A stretch of DNA of 64,000 bases from Candidatus Kaiserbacteria bacterium (GTDB lineage Bacteria > Patescibacteriota > Minisyncoccia > Phycocordibacterales > Phycocordibacteraceae): positions 141,984 through 205,983 of the forward strand of contig OY969413.1 in the NCBI GenBank assembly GCA_963699165.1, read 5' to 3'. The position numbers and the translations under genes were made by a program. Under the pieces are notes generated by a model. That model ran no database searches. It saw only the letters and a program-made list of their open reading frames with translations, and was not told where the DNA came from. This document shows positions 57,993 to 64,000 of this stretch, piece after piece (positions within the stretch are counted from its first letter, which is position 1; every line of letters begins with the position of its first letter).

Positions 57993-59303
57993 TCAGTCGG
58001 TGCGCGCTTCGATGACCGCGCCCAATTTTTGCAGGCGAAGCACGATGTCTTCGTAGCCGCGATTGATGCTGTACACGTTGCGCAGCATCGAACGGCCCTT
58101 CGCCGCGAGCATGCCGACGAGAATGATGGTCGCGGGTCGGAGCGCAGGCGGGCAGATTACTTGCGCGGCTTTCAACCGGGTCGGACCTTCAATCGAAATG
58201 CGGTGCGGGTCATGGAGCGTGGTCGTCGCGCCGAGTCGGTCGAGTTCGGTGTAATAAATCGCACGCTTTTCATACGACCAGTCGTGAATCAAGGTCGAGC
58301 CCTTTGCCTGCGTTGCGATGACGGCGAAAAAGGGAAGATTGTCGATATTGAGCGCAGGGTAGGGGCGCGCGTGGATTTTTTCCGGAAATGCCGTCAGCTC
58401 GGACTCATATATATGTATGTCCGCAAGTTTGGTAATGCCGTTTTCGGAGACGCCCGCGTCCGTAACGGTAAATCGCATACCCATTTTTTCCAACACCAAA
58501 AGCTCGACCTCTAGAAATTCAATCGGCGCTTTCGCAATCGTAATCTCGCTGCCGGTCGTGGCCGCCGCCGCAATAAAAAACATTGCGTCGGTCGGGTCCT
58601 CCGCAATGCTGTATTCAATGTCTTTATGAATGTCTTCGATGCCGGTGACGACAAGCGTGCTTGTGCCGATGCCCTTGATGCCGACGCCGAGCGCTTGCAG
58701 ATAGCCGCAAAGTTCCTGCACCTGATAATTTGCGGAACAGTATTTTATGGTGCTCGTGCCCGGAATGCGCGCCGCTGCGAGAAGCGCGTTTTCGGTCGCG
58801 GTGTCGCTCGCTTCATAGAGAATGACGGTCGCCGGCTTGAGTTCGCCGTGCGAAATTTGATAGCGGTCGGTGCGCGTCTCGATATGAACGCCGAATTTTT
58901 CGAGCGCCATGAGATGCGGGCGCACGGAGCGCAGCCCGAGCGTGCAGCCGCCCGATTGCGGCAGTTCGAATTCGTTGAAAAGGTGAATGAGCGAACCGAT
59001 GAACATCAAGATGCTCCGTGTTTTTGTCGCGGCCACGCGGTCGATGCTCGCGAGCGACAAATGTTTCGGCCGTTGAATGACGACCGTCGAGCCGTTCCAT
59101 TCAACGCTCACGCCGATGGAAACGAGCACCTCGACGAGGCGTTTGACCTCTTCGATTTTCGGCATATGCGTGAGCGTTGTGCGGCCGCTGTTCAAAAGCG
59201 ATGCGGCCAAGAGCGCGACCGCGCCGTTTTTCGAGCGGCTCGTCTCGACGGTGCCCGAAAGTTTTGTGCCGCCCTCGATTACGAAATTGAGTTCTCCTTG
59301 CAT
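57993..59303 (-). CDS. murA: UDP-N-acetylglucosamine 1-carboxyvinyltransferase
   Basis: SKNGA, GGCTLGLR catalytic Cys loop, ATENALLAA, INRGYE. Confidence 0.93.
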   Translation of the reverse strand: MQGELNFVIEGGTKLSGTVETSRSKNGAVALLAASLLNSGRTTLTHMPKIEEVKRLVEVLVSIGVSVEWNGSTVVIQRPKHLSLASIDRVAATKTRSILMFIGSLIHLFNEFELPQSGGCTLGLRSVRPHLMALEKFGVHIETRTDRYQISHGELKPATVILYEASDTATENALLAAARIPGTSTIKYCSANYQVQELCGYLQALGVGIKGIGTSTLVVTGIEDIHKDIEYSIAEDPTDAMFFIAAAATTGSEITIAKAPIEFLEVELLVLEKMGMRFTVTDAGVSENGITKLADIHIYESELTAFPEKIHARPYPALNIDNLPFFAVIATQAKGSTLIHDWSYEKRAIYYTELDRLGATTTLHDPHRISIEGPTRLKAAQVICPPALRPATIILVGMLAAKGRSMLRNVYSINRGYEDIVLRLQKLGAVIEARTD

Positions 59304-59430
59304 GACCGTATCGTACCATTTCATGCCGCACTTTTGCACAAGTGCATAATTTGACCTTGCGCGAGTCGCCAAAGCGGGTGTTGATAACTCCGATTGGCCG
59401 CCGGTATGCAGGTATACTTCGAACTAGGGT

Positions 59431-60763
59431 ATGTTACGGATGGAAAATCTCGATAAGAAATTATTCGCATTGTGCCTCTGCACAGTAGCGTTTGCAGTCG
59501 TCCCCTTGTTGGTGTTTGCACAAAGCGGCGCTGCCACGCCGACTTCGAGAATGCAGGTCATCGGGTCGGTTGGCGTATTTGATGCTTCGGTTACGCAAAA
59601 TACGGGAAGTTTGGAAGTGAAATTTACAATCTCCAACGGCCAGGGATCGCAGGGAGACATCCGCTATGCAGTAGCACTTTACTCTTTGAATGCGTCCGGT
59701 CAGCACGCAAAAGTCGATGAGTATGTCGCACCCGATGCGGTATCCCTTTCTCCGGGCCAGAGCACTCAAAAGACGGTGACCTATCAGCCGTCGCCGTCTC
59801 TATTAGGTACCTACCAGGTTTGGGTCGAAGTCCAGAACTCTAGCGGGATGCCTTTCAGTGCCGTTAATGCGGGTACGATTACTCTTTCCGCTTCTCCTTC
59901 CGGACAGGATAACTCCGTCGAATTTCCTCCCCAAGCGTGTGTTCTTCTGGTCGATTCCGACCCGGCAAAGGGGACGTTCAGCATGGAACAGGGTGTAGAT
60001 ATTCTTCCGAGCGAAAGTTTGGAAGCAGAATGCACACTTCGGACGCATTATTCCGCTTCCGTGGATCTTACTCCTTCGTTCACAACCTATGCCCGCACGC
60101 AGTTCGGGTCCGAGGTTGGAACGCAAACCGGCAAAACCGTCACGGTTAATCCGACCGGCGATGCGACATTTCTCTTTTCCATACCGATTCAATCGAAACC
60201 GCAGGCATACGATGTCGATATATCGCTTGTGGATGCGTCCGGCAAAACGGTTTCCAACACCGTGACCGCACATTACGTGCTTCGAGGTATATCGGGGACG
60301 ATACAAAACGCCGTTTTAGACGCAAATCGATATTCGCCCGGCGATACTGCCAAGGCAACGGTGAGCTGGTACGGTTCTGCGGATAGTTTCCCCGGGTCCA
60401 GATACGGTTCGGCATCATCAACTCAGAACTTCACGGTGCAACTTGCGCTAGATAACGGCAGCGGCGGAGATTCCTGCGGTTCCGTCGTATCGCAGCATGT
60501 ACCGCAGAATGGGCGAACTGCCCTTATCGGAATACCCGTGCATTCAAGTTGCGACAATCCTTCTTTAAAAGTCACACTTGAGGATGAAAAGGGGAATATT
60601 CTTGATCAAAAGACCTTTGGCACTGTCACTCCTTTGTTTGTTTTCATCGCCGTATCAGGCCCCTTTGATGGCGGCTGCCGCCATCCTCATTTTCGTCGCA
60701 GTATTGATAGCCCTATCGGTGTTTATTAAAAGAAGGAATGCTAAATTCATGGAGCCGGTATGA
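59431..60763 (+). pseudogene. Secreted Ig-like surface protein frameshifted just before its C-terminal TM anchor
   Basis: TM anchor AAAAILIFVAVLIALSVFIKRR is in another frame after CCTTTGTTTGTTTTC (~60631-60645). Confidence 0.7.
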
Positions 60764-63549
60764 TGAAAAAATGCGCTGCAATTATGTCCACGTTAAAAAA
60801 AATGCCGGCATCGCAAAAAGGGATTCTCATACTCGCGCTTATTGCCGTTTCGGCGTATGTGGTTACGACGCATTCTTCATTTGCTCAATCAACAGGCAAT
60901 CAGGGAACTTGTAACAACTATTAGTGCACCTTCCAGGCGACATTTCCTCAAAACACAACCAGTTGGGGAGCGCAAACCGTTGTGACCGACACCACACTTA
61001 CCGCGACATTCGACCGTCAAGACAGAAGTTATTATCCCGGTCAAACGGTCACCATAACGGGATTTGCTCCGCAGCTTTCGGTTTGCTCGAATGGGTGGCC
61101 GATGTCCATTGACACCCTATTTACTCAAAACGGTATTCCGACAAACGTCTCTTCAGGCAACTCGGCCTGTTTTAATTCGGCGACCAATATATATCAAGGC
61201 GAGATTATAAATACGTCGAATTCGAATAACCCGCTCATTGATACCATGAATGCGGAATGGTGCGGGCAAATGAATGTCCCGACTAATGCTCAAACGAAGG
61301 TAATTACCGACGGCAGCACTTTAACAGACGGAAACTGGCTGGAGTGGATGGGTCCCGTCAAAGCGCCCGGCTGGGGATGTTCGACGAACGGTCCCGCGAC
61401 GACTATATTTATTGCCGCCAATCAATCCGCACTGCAAAATCTCGCGGTGTCCAAAGGCAGCGGTATATGCAACCAGGGCGAAGAGGACGTCTATTCATAC
61501 TCGTTCACGGTGCCATACTCTGCAACCGTCGGCCAAGATCAAACGGTCGGCATACGAATGAGCACCGACAATGCCGATACTTATGACGCTACGGGCGCCA
61601 TGATTTACCATGTGGTTGCGCCGCCCGCTTCTACATGTGCTCTACCGTGGGGTGGATATATCGGCAACGGACAGTCGGTTACTGCGTATCAATCCGCGCA
61701 AGTCACGTCGCCGGCAACTCCCGTTTCGGAGGTGCGCACATGCAATAACGGAACTTTGAGCGGCATCGGCTATACCAATCAAAATTGCACGGTCGTCGGA
61801 AGTTCCGGGTCGCCAACCGCATCGCTGCTTGGCAGCGCGTCTTCGAGTGGTCCGTTTTCAAGTATCGTAAATATCTTAAACGGGCAACACGCATTTCTGC
61901 AATGGAGCTCAAGCGGTGCTGCCTCATGTTCGGCAATAGGCACTGCATTTTCATTGCCGGGCGGTTCGACCGCGGGCACTCTTGATTTGGGTCCGCTATC
62001 CTCGTCGGGAGCATATTCTGTCTCTTGTTCAGGTTCCGGCACCGGAACAAGCAACGGCACCGGCGGCTCGCAGACCGTATATCCCACAAATACCACCACA
62101 TACACAGGCACCTTTACCGGACCAAAAGGCACTAACGTTTGTTCGGCAACAGTGAACGTTTCAAGCGGAACGGCAAACCTTACGACTCCTTCAATTGCGC
62201 AGATGTCTCCTATTGCCACATATACATCCGCCTCTTCTGTCTCCGCTACACTTCCAAGTATTCCCGCCGCAGGCGACACGCTCGTGGCTATGGTCGAAAC
62301 GTCTAACAACACCGTCACCGCGCCGACCGGTTGGACGGTGCAAGATAACGAGACCGGCTTCAGCGGTTTTGCCGCTCTGACGGGCGTTGTGGGGAAAAAT
62401 GGTCTTACCGCAGCAAAGACATACACGTTCGACACCGGAGCGTGCGGCACGGCACAGATTTTCGATGTTTCGGGCGCCGGAAAAACAATTATTACATCGA
62501 CGGATTCGTCTAACTCCGGGCCATCCTATCCGCGCATGCTTCAAGTCCCGATTAGCAACGGTTTGCTGCTTACCGGTTGGGGCGGATGGGAGGTGAATTC
62601 GGCAAACGCGTGGGTTTCCATCGCCGACTCGCTTCCGGGCGGACAAACTTCGAGCGTTTTAGGTTATTTGCTGAACAGCCCGATTAGCGCATCTTGCGGC
62701 GGCGGAAGATTCGCATACCGCTCCTCGGACATAACGAGTGAACCGTTCAATGCGGCGCAACCGTTTACCAATACCGCACAAGTTACGATAAACCCGGTCC
62801 TTGACACGGGCTACAACACGAGCGGCCAATTAATATGGCTGTCGCCGGTAATTTCAACACCTCCAACTTGCGCTATTACTGCGTCGCCAAACTCAATAAA
62901 TTCCGGACAACCTTCACTTCTAACGTGGACTTCAATGAACGCGGCGAGCGGGACGATTACCGCTGTCATCGGCAACGGAACGTCCGGGTCGCAAATCGTC
63001 TTCCCGAACGGCAACACGACGTACACGGGAACATTCGTCGGTGACAGCGGAACTGCGAACTGCTCAGTGACCGTTCTCGTTGGCGGTTCATCCGGTACTG
63101 TTGCTCCGGCTTGCACGTTGACCGCCTCGCCGGGATCGATTACCCCCGGACAGGCGGCGACGCTCACCTGGAGTTCGACCAATGCGACCTCCGGGACAAT
63201 CCCCAATCTTCAAACCTCGGCACCGGCCATTTCGGCGCCGGTAACGATAACGGTCGCCCCGTCGAGCGATTCTCTCACTGCAACGCCGAATCGCGTAGCG
63301 CTCGGGAGCGCGACGATTCTCTCGGCTTACGCCACGAGCACGAGCGTGTGCTATCTGTACGCCAACGGCACGCCGATAAAAACCTGGAATGCGACCGGCG
63401 GCATCGTGAATGTGCCCTCCTATACGTCGCCCCCCGTACAAACGCAGACAACTTTCCAGCTCCTGTGCAACGGCCAAAGCAATCCGAATTGGTATTCGAC
63501 GTCCACGCAGTTGGTGAATGTCACCTCAAGCAATTTCCAGGACTTCTAG
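60760..63549 (+). pseudogene. Large Ser/Thr/Gly/Cys-rich surface protein with in-frame TAG at 60922-60924 after the signal peptide
   Basis: ATG 60760 is in frame with ORF 60982-63549; repeated LTWSS.NA..C / TTYTGTF modules. Confidence 0.75.
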
Positions 63550-63654
63550 AAGTTCGTGTACGCGGACAGGTTGACTCATCTGCTCGATTCGGTAGCATGA
63601 GTACCGGGCCGATGCCGCATGTGCGGTACGGCAATGTATTGAAAGGGTTTGTCA

Positions 63655-63978
63655 ATGTTGTTTTTTCTATCGCCCGCGTGGCGCATTCCTCTCACCATCG
63701 TGGCTGCGGTGGTCGGTTGCTCGACGGCAGCAGGCGCGCACGGTTCCAATCTCTGGCTGAACGAGGACGTGGTGTTCGGAATCGTCGCCGGCTTCCTTGC
63801 GTGCTCAGTTTTCGCCGAATTGGAGAGGCGGCGGTACGGCAAGAAGTGGACGATGTTCTATTCGGCCACCCTTTTCTTACTGGCCTTCCTCTCGGGATTG
63901 GGCGGGCTGGCGGTCGCGATAGCTTTGACGGCTTTCGTGACCATCATTTCCTTGGGCGGGGAAAGAGCCCCGTCTTAA
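63655..63978 (+). CDS. Hypothetical membrane protein
   Basis: Hydrophobic multi-TM ORF. Confidence 0.5.
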   Translation: MLFFLSPAWRIPLTIVAAVVGCSTAAGAHGSNLWLNEDVVFGIVAGFLACSVFAELERRRYGKKWTMFYSATLFLLAFLSGLGGLAVAIALTAFVTIISLGGERAPS

Positions 63979-64000
63979 AGCGCCCGAGAACCGAAGCCCC

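Noticed and set aside
9301-60924. Genome-wide stop-codon reassignment (internal TGA at 9301, TAG at 60922)
   Set aside because: TGA and TAG both terminate well-conserved genes here at expected positions (lepB, def, murA with TGA; pth, mltG with TAG)
1-64000. CRISPR array, integron attC array, rRNA, prophage structural genes
   Set aside because: No regularly spaced repeats, cas or intI genes, rRNA-like sequence or phage structural motifs seen

Overview
Bacterial chromosomal window. Gene content and synteny (rpsU-ybeY-ftsA-ftsZ; a degenerate HisS-like paralogue next to lepB/pth; def-fmt-raiA; many apparently leaderless genes) suggest a Patescibacteria/Parcubacteria (CPR) genome; this is inference, not a database result. 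Housekeeping genes alternate with cell-envelope genes, a signalling cluster and many stand-alone orphan cassettes (own promoter, SD, terminator). About 10.6 kb (~16%) is IS DNA from five element types. Main discovery: promoter-targeted transposition. All five copies of a 1080-bp IS481-like element sit exactly 5 bp upstream of a sigma70 -35 box, in the same orientation, and the transposase has no stop codon of its own: in 4 of 5 sites it ends on the TGA inside the target TTGAC/CTGAC hexamer. Independently, three IS30-family copies all sit 46-47 bp downstream of the first base of a TTGAC(A/T) -35 box, antisense to it. Also noted: a ~360-nt highly structured candidate ncRNA, a ~150-nt candidate RNA with a canonical kink-turn, a beheaded serine recombinase reading into tRNA-Asn, and several genes broken by single lesions. 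All calls were made by eye from the sequence and ORF track; no searches were run.
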